Numbered from the stretch's first letter, positions 40,401 to 49,742 are shown. The stretch: 64,000 nt of DNA from Planctomycetota bacterium (GCA_965228735.1 OZ245838.1:704001-768000); one strand, 5' to 3'. Notes: a model not told the origin generated them from the sequence alone. Numbers and translations are program-made.

Positions 40401-40449
40401 TCGTCGCGAGGGTGCGGGGACGGGGTGAGGGTGCGGTGACGGCGAGCAT
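37402..40449 (-). CDS. Secreted N-acetylmuramoyl-L-alanine amidase (Amidase_3) with inserted golvesin-like domain, FN3 and C-terminal lineage-specific domain
   Basis: ISPGHG...LLED, FVSLHTNA, LLELAFHD; insert ending VVIADAMRLGGG; FN3 PRALRV...LVAWD...YIVEWS. Confidence 0.85.
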   Translation of the reverse strand: MLAVTAPSPRPRTLATICAIALATGAVTAQRALFIQAGGLVADDATHAGARAAVQRLLRGPDAGQRAHGWTTHVPRATRLVDCRITTDPNGTGRATLVFTSDLLTATAREDALEQIQKTALSDPAIQHVELRLQNADGTESDLGTLLGHPPARQRPARQRPALDRSPNVPQNGQGSTAAASVASGILNGRRIAISPGHGYYWHSTLGWTTQRPLIDGLLEDIHVAEICNRYLIPMLRNMGAEVILCRETGELTVDAVADNDGGAPGYTENGAWSLSGSSGYLGGTYRFAGTSPTETATATWTIPVTTSGVYPIYAWFRASGNRTPTALYRVTHAAGTDEVVVDQTVDNLTWVHLGNWWFDAGSDAVVTLSNQSFLSGVVIADAMRLGGGVGTIARGGSTSGRPRWQECARYWTQFAGAPSSVYNTAGQDNADDVTTRPRFAEWRGADAFVSLHTNAGGGAGTSSFIYSGGATPGSSTLQSRIHTQIISDLRSEWSATWTDRGQQSANFGEVRLLSTMPGVLLELAFHDTAGSFDHRSLHDPDFRYLGARAIARGIMRYFAPTAPFVPEPPRALRVTQDGSRGLLVAWDQAASATGYIVEWSPDGKSFVEAGTTVSTSWSTGPLPYDTVRSFRVRATNGSGQSIPTEVLTAGTDHTGTAQALLVQGFDRVGRYVKGPENTRDYLRLIGGSIRAGAFTSLGFDAASNEAVALGRVPLAYGAVVWSLGEESTADETFSAAEQSIVQSYLAQGGGLLVTGAEVGWDLDSQGSASDRAFYRNQIGATYIADDANTYGLMGGIAGTVSAGIPPSAFDNGTGGTYDVDYPDVIGPTAGTGGNVCLRYFNGQAAGIQRVDPVTGARVVHFGFPLDTMQNAGARDRLVQQSLAFLLEPRELTSSGENAPLGQRLDLDLTIPGENGQLYLLLASEGNDVGIPLIGGNLLPLRPGFLIGASLNPASPVFGNFLGTLDSNGQASAFVDVPNLAFLTGLEVWFAAFTADPVSLVDREVTNWVRVVLGP

Positions 40450-40503
40450 GCGCAGACGAGTCTATCCCGTCCGCGCGGCCTTAGAACCCCGGGGGCGCGG
40501 GTG

Positions 40504-41277
40504 CTACCTGGCGATCACGCGTGGGGCGGAACCGACCGTCGCATCGATGTCACCAAACCGCGTCGGTCCGCCGTACGGCTGCGTCTCGGGCTGCGCGACC
40601 GGCCGTTCTTCGAGCACGGCATCCAGCGCATTCCGGACGTGATTGCCCGCGCGCGTCGGATCGAGTCCGCGGCCGTCGTCGTCGAGCGCGCCGCGATACG
40701 CGAGCCGCCCGTTCTGGTCGAACACGAACACCTCGGGCGTCGTGCGCGCGCCGAGTGCGCGGGCTAGCCGCGCGCCGTGATCGACGAGAATCGGGTGGTT
40801 GAGCTCGCTGGTTGCGGCCTTCTGCCGCAGATTGCCGTACGGCCGATCCGCGGGCGCCGCGCGAAACGCGGCCGGCGCAGGCTCGCGGCCGACCTCGCGC
40901 GCGTTCGCCGCGAGGCCCAGCACCGCGACGTCGCGGTCGCGGTAGTCGCGCGCGATCGCGTTGAGCTTGGGCTCGGCCACGAGCTCCCACGGGCACGTGC
41001 TCGACCAGCTGTGCAGCACGACCGGCTGGCCGCGCAGGTCGCCGAACGCGCGCCGGTCACCATCGAGGTCCGGCAGCGCCAGGTCGGCCGGCACCACGTC
41101 GCCGATGCGGAGTGTCGGCAGCGCCGATGGCAACGACGTCGTATCGGCATGCCGATCGGCGTCGGGGGCGCGGTGGCCGCGCTCGCCGGTCGTCTGCTGA
41201 TCTTCAGGACCGGGCTGATGGTGGGCCGCGGCGAGGCCGCTGGCGAGAAGTGCCGCTACTGCGAGCCTGACGTTCAT
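40504..41277 (-). CDS. Secreted redoxin/thioredoxin-fold protein
   Basis: LPDLDG, WSSTCPW, GARTTPEVFVFD, YRGALDD. Confidence 0.85.
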   Translation of the reverse strand: MNVRLAVAALLASGLAAAHHQPGPEDQQTTGERGHRAPDADRHADTTSLPSALPTLRIGDVVPADLALPDLDGDRRAFGDLRGQPVVLHSWSSTCPWELVAEPKLNAIARDYRDRDVAVLGLAANAREVGREPAPAAFRAAPADRPYGNLRQKAATSELNHPILVDHGARLARALGARTTPEVFVFDQNGRLAYRGALDDDGRGLDPTRAGNHVRNALDAVLEERPVAQPETQPYGGPTRFGDIDATVGSAPRVIAR

Positions 41278-41328
41278 CGCTCTGGATATGGCGCACGACG
41301 GGTCGTACCCAGGTGGAATCGGGCGCGA

Positions 41329-41775
41329 TCACTCGGAATCGCCGTCGTCGGGCTCCGGATCGGCCTTGGCCTGACGCTCGAGCACCTCGTGGATGCGCTG
41401 CAGGAAGCTGCAGTAGGCGGCGCCGAACGCGCACGCGGCGTGCCAGAACGCGCGCATGGGCAGCGCCACCGCGGTCTTGCGGTAGTCGTCGACGAAGTAC
41501 TCGACGCCGAGACCGAGCGCGCCGACGAACACGCCGACGATCGCGGCCGCGAACAGCGCGAGCGGCGCCGGGTTGCTGTTCTTCGGCAGCCGCGGCATCG
41601 GGCGTCGGTTGCGCGACCGGTTCGAGATCACCTGCATCGCGAGGCCGAACGCGACGATCGCGGCCCACTCGATCGGCTGCATCTCGAACTCGTGGAACTG
41701 CGTCGTGCCCGCCAACCAGAGCAGGGCGACGAGCAGCGGGCAGAGCCGCAGTAGGCGACGGGTCCAGGTCGTCAC
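41329..41775 (-). CDS. Hypothetical membrane protein
   Basis: About 4 hydrophobic helices; GTG start. Confidence 0.65.
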   Translation of the reverse strand: MTTWTRRLLRLCPLLVALLWLAGTTQFHEFEMQPIEWAAIVAFGLAMQVISNRSRNRRPMPRLPKNSNPAPLALFAAAIVGVFVGALGLGVEYFVDDYRKTAVALPMRAFWHAACAFGAAYCSFLQRIHEVLERQAKADPEPDDGDSE

Positions 41776-41938
41776 CGGAAACTACGGTTGTGAGCGGGTG
41801 GCGGGGCAGTTCGACATGGCTCGCCATCGTGCGGGCTGCCGAGGTCGTGCGCCAGCACCGAGCCCGGTAGGGGGGGCGGAACAACGAGCGACATCAGCCT
41901 TTCAACGTTCCCCGCGGAGTCCTACCTTCAACGTCCTG

Positions 41939-43273
41939 ATGAAGGTGCTCGTCGTCGGTTCTGGCGGTCGTGAACACGCCCTGGTCTGGAAGATCGGCCA
42001 GTCGCCGCTGGTTTCGAAACTGTTCTGCGCGCCCGGCAACCCCGGGACCCGGGAGCTCGCCGAGAACGTCGACGTCGCCGCGGACGACATCGCCGGAATC
42101 GTGCGATTCGCCAACGCCGAGTCCATCGACCTCGTCGTCGTCGGGCCCGAGGCCCCGCTCTGCGACGGCCTCGCCGACGAGCTCGAGAAGAACGGGCGGC
42201 TGTGCTTCGGCCCTTCGCGTGCGGCGGCGGAGATCGAGGGCAGCAAGGTGTTCGCGCGCGAGCTCTGCCGCACGCATCGCATCCCGGGGCCGAGCTTCTG
42301 GTCGTTCGACGATGTCCATCGGGCGAAGTCGTTCCTGCAGAACCGCGAGGACGGCCCGATCGTCGTCAAGGCGTCGGGGCTCGCCGCGGGTAAGGGCGTC
42401 GCGGTGTGCAAGAACAACGCGGAGGCGCTCGCGGCCGTCGCGGATTGTCTCGAGCAGGGGCGCTTCGGCGATGCCGGCGCGACGGTCGTGCTCGAGGAGT
42501 GTCTCGCAGGGCCCGAGGTCTCGCTCATCACGATCACGGATGGTCGCACGATCGTGCCGCTCGAGCCGGCGCGCGATCACAAGCCGGTGTTCGACGGCAA
42601 CGAGGGCCCCAACACCGGCGGCATGGGCGTCGTGAGCCCGGTGGATCTCATGCCGCGGCTGCGTTCGCAGATCGAGAACCAGGTCGTGTTCCCGGCCGTG
42701 CACGCGATGAATCGCGTCGGTCGCACCTACCGCGGGTTCCTCTACGCGGGGCTCATGCTGACTCCGCAGGGGCCGCGCGTTCTCGAGTTCAACTGTCGCC
42801 TCGGGGATCCCGAGACGCAGCCGCTGTTGATGCGCTTTTCGAGCGATCTGCTGCCGTATCTGCTGGCGGTCGCCGAGGGCAAGCTCGAAGCGCTCGAGGC
42901 GCCGAAGTGGGATTCGCGCGCGGCCGTTTGCGTCGTCGCGTGCAGCGAGGGTTATCCCGGCAGCTACCCCAAGGGCCGCCCGATCCTCGGTATCGACAAG
43001 GTCGCGACCGGTCCCGACCTGCAGGTGTTTCACGCCGGCACCGCGCAGCAACTCGGCGGCGATCTCGTCACGGCGGGCGGTCGCGTGCTCGCGGTCACGG
43101 GGCTCGGCGACGACGTCGAGTCGGCGCGGCAGCGCGTCTACGGCGCGCTCGAGCAGATCGAGTTCCAGGGCATGCACTTTCGCAAGGACATCGGTCTCCC
43201 GCTTGACCGGCAGGGGCTCGAGCGGCAGGGGCTCGAGCGGCATGGGCACGATCGGCATGGGGCGGATCGGTAG
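41939..43273 (+). CDS. purD: Phosphoribosylamine-glycine ligase
   Basis: MKVLVVGSGGREHAL, APGNPG, GLAAGKGV, GPNTGGMG, EFNCRLGDPETQ. Confidence 0.97.
   Translation: MKVLVVGSGGREHALVWKIGQSPLVSKLFCAPGNPGTRELAENVDVAADDIAGIVRFANAESIDLVVVGPEAPLCDGLADELEKNGRLCFGPSRAAAEIEGSKVFARELCRTHRIPGPSFWSFDDVHRAKSFLQNREDGPIVVKASGLAAGKGVAVCKNNAEALAAVADCLEQGRFGDAGATVVLEECLAGPEVSLITITDGRTIVPLEPARDHKPVFDGNEGPNTGGMGVVSPVDLMPRLRSQIENQVVFPAVHAMNRVGRTYRGFLYAGLMLTPQGPRVLEFNCRLGDPETQPLLMRFSSDLLPYLLAVAEGKLEALEAPKWDSRAAVCVVACSEGYPGSYPKGRPILGIDKVATGPDLQVFHAGTAQQLGGDLVTAGGRVLAVTGLGDDVESARQRVYGALEQIEFQGMHFRKDIGLPLDRQGLERQGLERHGHDRHGADR
43203..43270 (+). repeat. 15-bp tandem repeat at the purD 3' end
   Basis: Encodes LDRQG-LERQG-LERHG-HDRHG-ADR. 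Confidence 0.7.
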
Positions 43274-43279
43274 GACGGC

Positions 43280-43756
43280 GTGAAGACCGAGCAGGAACAG
43301 CGCATCGTCGAGGAGCACCTCAGGAAGAACGGCTTCCGCTGGACGAGCCAGCGCGAGCTGATCGTGCAGAAGGCGCTCGAGACGCATGAGCACTTCACCG
43401 CGGAAGAGCTGCTCGATCGCTGCCGCATGGTCGACTCCAAGGTCTCGCGCGCGACGGTCTATCGCACGCTCGCCGTGCTCGAGAAGGCCAACTTCGTCGA
43501 GGGGCTCGATACGGGCGACGGCGGCCGCAAGTTCGAGCACGTGATCGGGCACGAGCACCACGACCACATGGTCTGCAGCAAGTGTGGCTCCATCTTCGAG
43601 TTCCACGACGAGGAACTCGAGCGTCGCCAGGTCGCGGCGGCGCGCCGGCTCGGCTTCCGGATCGAACACCACAGTCTGCGGATCTACGGCACGTGCAAGA
43701 AATGCGTGGCCCGCGATCGCAAGAAGAAGCGCAAGCCGGGGAGCGCGCGGCGGTGA
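43280..43756 (+). CDS. Fur family transcriptional regulator
   Basis: TSQRELI, HFTAEEL, SRATVYRTL, HHDHMVCSKCG, C-terminal CKKC. Confidence 0.93.
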   Translation: MKTEQEQRIVEEHLRKNGFRWTSQRELIVQKALETHEHFTAEELLDRCRMVDSKVSRATVYRTLAVLEKANFVEGLDTGDGGRKFEHVIGHEHHDHMVCSKCGSIFEFHDEELERRQVAAARRLGFRIEHHSLRIYGTCKKCVARDRKKKRKPGSARR

Positions 43757-45159
43757 GTGGCAGCGCGGCGCGGGTGCTCGTCGTCGACGACGAGCGGGAC
43801 CTCGCGGAGTCGTGCGCGTTCTTCCTCGAGCGCGCCGGGCACGAGGCCAGGTGCGTGACCAGCGGCGAGGCCGCGCTCGAGCTACTCACCGAATCGGCGT
43901 TCGAGCTCGTGATCACCGACGTGCGCATGCCGCGCATGACCGGCATGGAACTGCTGTCGGCGATCAAGCAACGTGATCCCGACATCGAGGTGCTGATCAT
44001 CACCGGGTTCCCGGACCTGCAGATGGCCGTGCAGGCGATCAAGCAGGGCGCGTTCGACTACCTCGCGAAGCCGTACGGTGAGCAGGACCTCATGGCGAGC
44101 GTGAACAAGGCGATCGCGCACCGCCGGATGAAGGAGGGCAACGAGGGGCTCAAGGAGCGCCTGCGCGGCGGCGTGGAGAGTCGACGGCTGATCCACCGGT
44201 CCAAGGCGTTGGGCGAAGTCGTGCAGATGCTCGAGCGCGCGGCGCGGACGGACGCGTCCGTGCTGCTGCTCGGCGAGAGCGGCACCGGCAAGGAAGTGCT
44301 CGCGCATCACCTGCACGACAGCAGCGCGCGCGTGGACAAGCCGTTCGTGCCCGTCGACTGCGCGTCGATCCCGGCCGAACTCTTCGAGAGCGAGCTCTTC
44401 GGTCACAAGAAGGGCGCGTTCACGGGCGCGGAGTCGGACAAGCTCGGCCTGTTCCAGGTCGCCGATGGCGGCACGCTGTTCCTCGACGAGCTCGGCGAAC
44501 TGCCGCTGCCGTTCCAGCCCAAGATGCTGCGGGCGATCCAGGAGATGTCCGTTCGGCCGGTTGGCGCGAACGAGCAGGTGGACATCGATGTGCGGATCGT
44601 CGCCGCGACGAACCGCGACCTGCAGAAGGAGGTCGACGACGGCAACTTTCGGGCGGATCTGTTCTACCGGCTCGACGTCGTGCGCGTGCCGATCCCGCCG
44701 CTGCGAGAACGCAGCGAGGATGTAGCCGTGCTCGCGGAGCACTTTCTGCAGCGCTTCGGCCAGCACGTCGGCATCGACCGGATCACGAGCGAGGCCATGC
44801 GGCTGCTGCGCGAGTGCCGCTGGCCCGGCAACGTTCGGCAGCTGCGCAACGCGATCGAGCGCGCCTGCGCCCTCGGTCAGCCGCCGGAGCTACGCGCCGC
44901 GGACCTGCCGCCCGAGGTCCTGAGCGGCGGCGGCGAGGCCGCACCGACCGTGAGCCCGATCGACGTCGAGGGCGCGGGCACGTTCCAGGAGATGAAGGCG
45001 CGCAAGATCGCCGCGATGGAGAGCGCCTACATCGAGACGTTGTTGAAGAAGCACGGCGGCAATGTCACGCACTGCAGCGAAGAGGCCGGCATGGCCCGCA
45101 GCGCGTTCCAGAAGCTCATGCAGAAGCACGGCATCAAGAGCTCCGACTACCGCGGGTGA
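43753..45159 (+). CDS. Sigma-54-dependent (NtrC family) response regulator
   Basis: Receiver VVDDE...DVRMP, GESGTGKE, GAFTGA, LFLDE, WPGNVRQL, C-terminal HTH; GTG start overlaps the Fur stop. Confidence 0.95.
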   Translation: MSGSAARVLVVDDERDLAESCAFFLERAGHEARCVTSGEAALELLTESAFELVITDVRMPRMTGMELLSAIKQRDPDIEVLIITGFPDLQMAVQAIKQGAFDYLAKPYGEQDLMASVNKAIAHRRMKEGNEGLKERLRGGVESRRLIHRSKALGEVVQMLERAARTDASVLLLGESGTGKEVLAHHLHDSSARVDKPFVPVDCASIPAELFESELFGHKKGAFTGAESDKLGLFQVADGGTLFLDELGELPLPFQPKMLRAIQEMSVRPVGANEQVDIDVRIVAATNRDLQKEVDDGNFRADLFYRLDVVRVPIPPLRERSEDVAVLAEHFLQRFGQHVGIDRITSEAMRLLRECRWPGNVRQLRNAIERACALGQPPELRAADLPPEVLSGGGEAAPTVSPIDVEGAGTFQEMKARKIAAMESAYIETLLKKHGGNVTHCSEEAGMARSAFQKLMQKHGIKSSDYRG

Positions 45160-45252
45160 ACATACCGAACCCGCCAACGGGGGCTCTCGGTTGTTTCACG
45201 CCGCGGCGTGAGCCAACCGACCGCCCCCGTTGGCGGGTTCGGTATGTTCACC
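45155..45252. repeat. 98-bp near-perfect palindromic element (REP/MITE-like)
   Basis: Perfect 29-bp arms ggtgaacataccgaacccgccaacggggg; inner tcggttg/caaccga and central palindrome tcacgccgcggcgtga. Confidence 0.92.
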
Positions 45253-46048
45253 GTTCGCCGAGCAGGACGTTCGGCTTGCGGCGGTCGCGCGTCTGCAGGT
45301 GCTTGCTCGCGCCCTTCAGGATGTGAGCGGTCGCCGCAGCGACGTCGTCCGTCACGAGGATGCGGTCGACGTCGGCCTGGGCGATCGTGCCCTCCTGCAC
45401 CATCGTGTCGCGGACGAAGTCGAGCATCGGCTCCCAGTAGTCCTTGCCCATGAGCACGATCGGAAAATCCTCGATCTTGCCCGTCTGGATCAGGGTCGCG
45501 GATTCGAACAGCTCGTCGAGCGTGCCGAAGCCGCCGGGCATCACGATGAAGGCGTAGCTGTATTTCACCAGCATGACCTTCCGCACGAAGAAGTAGCGGA
45601 ACTCGACGAAGCGATCGAGGTAGGGGTTGCAGCTCTGCTCGTGTGGCAGCGTGATGTTGCAGCCGACCGACAGGCCGCCCGCGTCGCGCGCGCCGCGGTT
45701 GGCGGCCTCCATGATGCCCGGGCCGCCGCCCGTCATGATCGTGAAGCCGCTGCGGCTGACCTCCGCGGACACGGCCCGCGCCATCCGGTACCAGCGGTTG
45801 TTCTCGTCGAAGCGCGCGGAGCCGAACACCGTGACGCACGGCGGCACGAAGTGCAGCGCGCGGAAGCCGCGGATGAACTCGAGCGTGATGCGCAGCACGC
45901 GCCCGAGCTCGCGCAATCGGCTGCGCGGCCCGGCGAGGAACTGCTGGTCCGCGGAATCTCGCGAGCGTTTGCCCCAGTCGGGCACACCAGGCCGGTCCGG
46001 CGGCGAGCCGCCGCCCGGTGGTGGGCTCGGATCGTCGGTCGTCGTCAC
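45248..46048 (-). CDS. LOG family (TIGR00730-type) protein
   Basis: VTVFGSAR, TGGGPGIMEAANRGA, FFVRKVMLV, PGGFGTLDE; GTG start overlaps the purQ stop. Confidence 0.93.
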   Translation of the reverse strand: MTTTDDPSPPPGGGSPPDRPGVPDWGKRSRDSADQQFLAGPRSRLRELGRVLRITLEFIRGFRALHFVPPCVTVFGSARFDENNRWYRMARAVSAEVSRSGFTIMTGGGPGIMEAANRGARDAGGLSVGCNITLPHEQSCNPYLDRFVEFRYFFVRKVMLVKYSYAFIVMPGGFGTLDELFESATLIQTGKIEDFPIVLMGKDYWEPMLDFVRDTMVQEGTIAQADVDRILVTDDVAAATAHILKGASKHLQTRDRRKPNVLLGER

Positions 46049-46842
46049 GCCTGCCCCGCGGCCTTCACGAGCTCGCGGAACACCACCATGCCGTCGCCAT
46101 CCTCGGGCAGGCTGCCGCCGGCGCGCTGGCGCTCGCGCCAGTCCGGCATGTGCGTCGGCAGGTAGGCGCGGTCGGGGTGCGGCATCATGCCGAGCACGCG
46201 GCCCGTCGAATCCGTGAGTCCCGCGATCCCGAGCGGCGCGCCGTTCGGGTTCTGCGGGTAGCTCTCGGTCGGCTCCCCGTGCTCGTCGACGTAGCGCAGC
46301 GCCGTGAAGCCTTCGTCGACGAGCATCTGCTCGAACGCGCGGTCCTTGCCGATGAGCCGCCCTTCGCCGTGCGCGGCGGGCCAACGCAGGGTCAGACCCG
46401 CGGGCAGGAACTGGCAGCGCGATTGCGCGGTGCGCAACGTGACCCAGCGGCACTCGTAGTGGTTGCTGATGTTGTGCGTGAGCGACACCTCCTCGCGCAG
46501 CTCGCCCGTCGACCGCGGCAGCAGGCCGAGGCGCACGAGCACCTGGAAGCCGTTGCAGATGCCGAGCACGAAGCCGCCGTCGTCGACGAAGCGCAGCAGG
46601 CGGTCGCCGAGCCGATACTTCATCTCCTGGGCGAGCACGCGGCCCGAGCTGATGTCGTCGCCGTAGGCGAAGCCGCCGGGCACGCACAGCGCCTGGAACC
46701 GATCGAGCGCCGCGGGGTCCTGCAGCAGCTGCTGGATGTGCAGGTACTCGGGGTCGCCACCGGCGCGGGCGATCGCGTGATGGGTCTCGCGCTCGCAGTT
46801 GATGCCGGGCGCGCGCAGAACGAGGATTCGTGGGGCGCTCAT
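46045..46842 (-). CDS. purQ: FGAM synthase glutaminase subunit PurQ
   Basis: PGINCERET, PGGFAYGD, GICNGFQVL, AHGEG, MMPHPDR. Confidence 0.95.
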   Translation of the reverse strand: MSAPRILVLRAPGINCERETHHAIARAGGDPEYLHIQQLLQDPAALDRFQALCVPGGFAYGDDISSGRVLAQEMKYRLGDRLLRFVDDGGFVLGICNGFQVLVRLGLLPRSTGELREEVSLTHNISNHYECRWVTLRTAQSRCQFLPAGLTLRWPAAHGEGRLIGKDRAFEQMLVDEGFTALRYVDEHGEPTESYPQNPNGAPLGIAGLTDSTGRVLGMMPHPDRAYLPTHMPDWRERQRAGGSLPEDGDGMVVFRELVKAAGQA

Positions 46843-49742
46843 CGGGCACCTCCGGCGGGCGTGCCGGTCAACGTGCCGTCGAAGTCGAGCGGCGCGCGCC
46901 ACCGCTGTTTGGCGTCGTCGATGGGCACCTTCGCGAGCTCGGTCGCGCCCTTCACGAACACGATTTCCGGCGCGGCGGTGACCTCGCCGATCACGGCGAA
47001 CGGCACCTTGTGCAGGTTGGCCGTGAGGTCGTCCATGCGATCGGCCGGCACCTCGAGCAGGATGCGGCTCTGCGACTCGCTGAACATGACGGTCGTGGCG
47101 TCCAGTTCACCGGCCGTCTGCGCGCGGCCGAGGTCCACGCGCGCGCCGAACCCGCCGGCGATGGCCATCTCCGCGACCGCGGCGCCGAGGCCGCCCTCGC
47201 TGAGGTCGTGCGCGGACAGCGCGCAGCGGGCCGCGATCGCGCGGTGGCAGCCGATCAGGACATCGCGGCCGAGCTCCTTGTCGACGCGCGGCACGTTCTT
47301 GCCGAGCTGACCCTTGGTCTTGTAGTAGACCGAGCCACCGAGCTCGTCCTTGGTCACGCCGACGAGCACGAGCTGCGAGCCGGGCTTGCTGAACGCGGAG
47401 TCGAGCGACAGCCGGACGTCGGGGATCACGGACAGCGCGGACACGAGGATGCAGCCGGGGATGCGGATCGTCCGATCGCCGGTCCGGAACTCGTTGTGCA
47501 GCGAGTCCTTCCCGGACACGAACGGCGTCTTGTAGTGCAGCGCGAGGTCGCAGAGCGCCTCGGTCGCCCGCACGAGCTCGCCGAGCGCCTGCGGGTCGCG
47601 CGTGTTGCCCCAGCAGTAGTTGTCGAGCACCGCGGTGTAGTCGGGATCGCCGCCGGCGACAACGAGGTTGCGCATCGCCTCGTCGAGCGCGCACTCGGCC
47701 ATCGCCGCGGGGTCGATGCGCGAGTAGCGCGGGTTGAGGCCGTTGCTGAGCACGACGCCGCGCCAGGAACCGAGCTTGGGCGCGATCACCGCGGCATTGG
47801 CGGGGCCGTCCTCGCCGGGGCCGCAGAGCGGCTTGCCCGCCGAGCCGGCCTGCACCTCGTGGTCATACTGCCGGATGATCCACTCCTTGCTGCAGACGCC
47901 GTAGTCCGAGAGCACGTCGAGCAGCGCGTTGCCGAGGTCGTCGGTCGCGGGCAGGGTGGGTTCGTGATGGTCGCCCGGCGTGTAGCTCGCCTCCTGCTCG
48001 CGGGCCGGCACGCCATCGTGCAGGAAATGGCTGTCGAGGTCGGCGTGCACCTCGCCCGCGAACTTCACGACGAGCCGGCCCGTGCCCGTGAACGTGCCGA
48101 GCACGGTCGCCTCGCACGTCTCCGCCCTGCACACCGCGAGCAGGCGGTCGAGCTTGTCGGGCGGCACGGCGAGGACCATCCGTTCCTGCGCCTCGCTGAT
48201 CCAGATCTCCCACGGCGCGAGGCCCGCGTACTTGAGCGGCGCGTCCTGCAGCTCGACCTCGGCGCCGAGCTCCTCGGCCATCTCGCCGATCGCCGAACTG
48301 AACCCGCCCGCGCCGCAGTCGGTGATCGCCGAGAACAGGTCCTCCTCGGCGCAGGCGAGCACCGCGTCCATGACGATCCGTTCGGTGATCGGGTCGCCGA
48401 TCTGCACCGCGCCCGAGCTCTGCATTTCGCTGTCGGTGTGCAGCTCGAGCGAGCTGAACGTCGCGCCGTGGATGCCGTCGCGGCCCGTGCGACCGCCGAG
48501 CGCGACGATGACGTCGCCCTTGTTCGGCGCCTTGTGCGCGCGGGCCGTCGGCAGGATGCCGACGTTGCCGACGTAGACGAGCGGGTTGCCGATGAAGTTC
48601 TCGTCGAAGTGCACGCTGCCGTTCACCGTCGGAATGCCCATCGGGTTGCCGTAGTCGCGCACGCCGGCGACGACGCCTTCCATGACGCGGCGCGGATGCA
48701 GGCAGCCCTGCGGCACGTGGTCGTTCGGCAGGTCCGGCGGCGCGAAGCAGAACACGTCCGTGTTGGCGATCGGGCGCGCGCCGAGCCCGGTGCCGAGCAC
48801 GTCGCGGATCACGCCGCCGACCCCGGTGCCGGCACCGCCGAACGGTTCGATCGCCGACGGCCGGTTGTGGGTCTCGACCTTGATGCAGACCGAGTCCTCG
48901 TCGTCGAAGCGGATGATGCCCGCATTGTCGACGAACACGCTCACGCAGAAGTCGCGCTGCAGCGTGTTCGTCACGTTCGCGATCGTGCTCTTCAGCAGGT
49001 TCTCGATGCGCCGGCCCTCGAACGTCACGTTGCCGGTCAGCGTCTTGTGCTTGCAGTGTTCGCTCCAGGTCTGCGCCAGGGTCTCGAGCTCGAGGCGCGT
49101 GGGGGCGCGACCGAGCTTTCCGAAGTGCGCCTGGATCGCGAGCATCTCGGTGCCGTCGAGCGCGAGGCCGCCGTCCTGCGAGAGCTTCTCGAGTGCTGTG
49201 CGATCGAGCCCCGCGAGGTCGATACTCTGCACCGAGAGGTCGGGTTCGCCAGCCGGGCCTGGCAGACCGGCCGGCAGGCCATCCGGGAGCACGTCCTGGA
49301 TCACGTCGTTGCTCAGCGCGCGGCGCGCCGCGGTGACGAGCGCGTCGGCGGCGACGTCGCCGGCGACGTCGAACACCTGGTAGGTGCCGGCGGGAGCCGC
49401 CGGCAGCTGCATGTCGCGCAGTGCCTTCTCTACGGAGTGCGCGACCGGGTCGGTCACGCCGGGCCGCGGAACGATGGCGATCGTGTGGCCGTTCTCGGGA
49501 GCCGGGACCTCGGCGCCGGGCGCGTGGATCGCGAAGTCGTCGGCGATCGGATCACTGAGGACCGCGCGCGTGAACTCTTCGACCTGCGCCCTTTCGAGCT
49601 CGTCGCCGAGCAGGTAGCCGCGCCGGGTGCGCACGCCGGTGATTCCGGTCACGCCGGCGGCCGCGAGCGCCCTCTGAGCCGCATCCGCGGCAGGGTCGGG
49701 CCGACCTTCTTTGACGAGAACATCGACGCGCCACGCCTGCAT
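46839..49742 (-). CDS. purL: FGAM synthase subunit PurL with N-terminal PurS-like domains
   Basis: QTWSEHCKHK, KVETHNRPSAIEPFGGA, DCGAGG, SEAQERM, SGKDS, HDLSEGG. Confidence 0.96.
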   Translation of the reverse strand: MQAWRVDVLVKEGRPDPAADAAQRALAAAGVTGITGVRTRRGYLLGDELERAQVEEFTRAVLSDPIADDFAIHAPGAEVPAPENGHTIAIVPRPGVTDPVAHSVEKALRDMQLPAAPAGTYQVFDVAGDVAADALVTAARRALSNDVIQDVLPDGLPAGLPGPAGEPDLSVQSIDLAGLDRTALEKLSQDGGLALDGTEMLAIQAHFGKLGRAPTRLELETLAQTWSEHCKHKTLTGNVTFEGRRIENLLKSTIANVTNTLQRDFCVSVFVDNAGIIRFDDEDSVCIKVETHNRPSAIEPFGGAGTGVGGVIRDVLGTGLGARPIANTDVFCFAPPDLPNDHVPQGCLHPRRVMEGVVAGVRDYGNPMGIPTVNGSVHFDENFIGNPLVYVGNVGILPTARAHKAPNKGDVIVALGGRTGRDGIHGATFSSLELHTDSEMQSSGAVQIGDPITERIVMDAVLACAEEDLFSAITDCGAGGFSSAIGEMAEELGAEVELQDAPLKYAGLAPWEIWISEAQERMVLAVPPDKLDRLLAVCRAETCEATVLGTFTGTGRLVVKFAGEVHADLDSHFLHDGVPAREQEASYTPGDHHEPTLPATDDLGNALLDVLSDYGVCSKEWIIRQYDHEVQAGSAGKPLCGPGEDGPANAAVIAPKLGSWRGVVLSNGLNPRYSRIDPAAMAECALDEAMRNLVVAGGDPDYTAVLDNYCWGNTRDPQALGELVRATEALCDLALHYKTPFVSGKDSLHNEFRTGDRTIRIPGCILVSALSVIPDVRLSLDSAFSKPGSQLVLVGVTKDELGGSVYYKTKGQLGKNVPRVDKELGRDVLIGCHRAIAARCALSAHDLSEGGLGAAVAEMAIAGGFGARVDLGRAQTAGELDATTVMFSESQSRILLEVPADRMDDLTANLHKVPFAVIGEVTAAPEIVFVKGATELAKVPIDDAKQRWRAPLDFDGTLTGTPAGGAR

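Noticed and set aside
40504..40600. Selenocysteine in the redoxin C-terminal YG-x motif
   Set aside because: The codon after YG is GGA (Gly), not TGA
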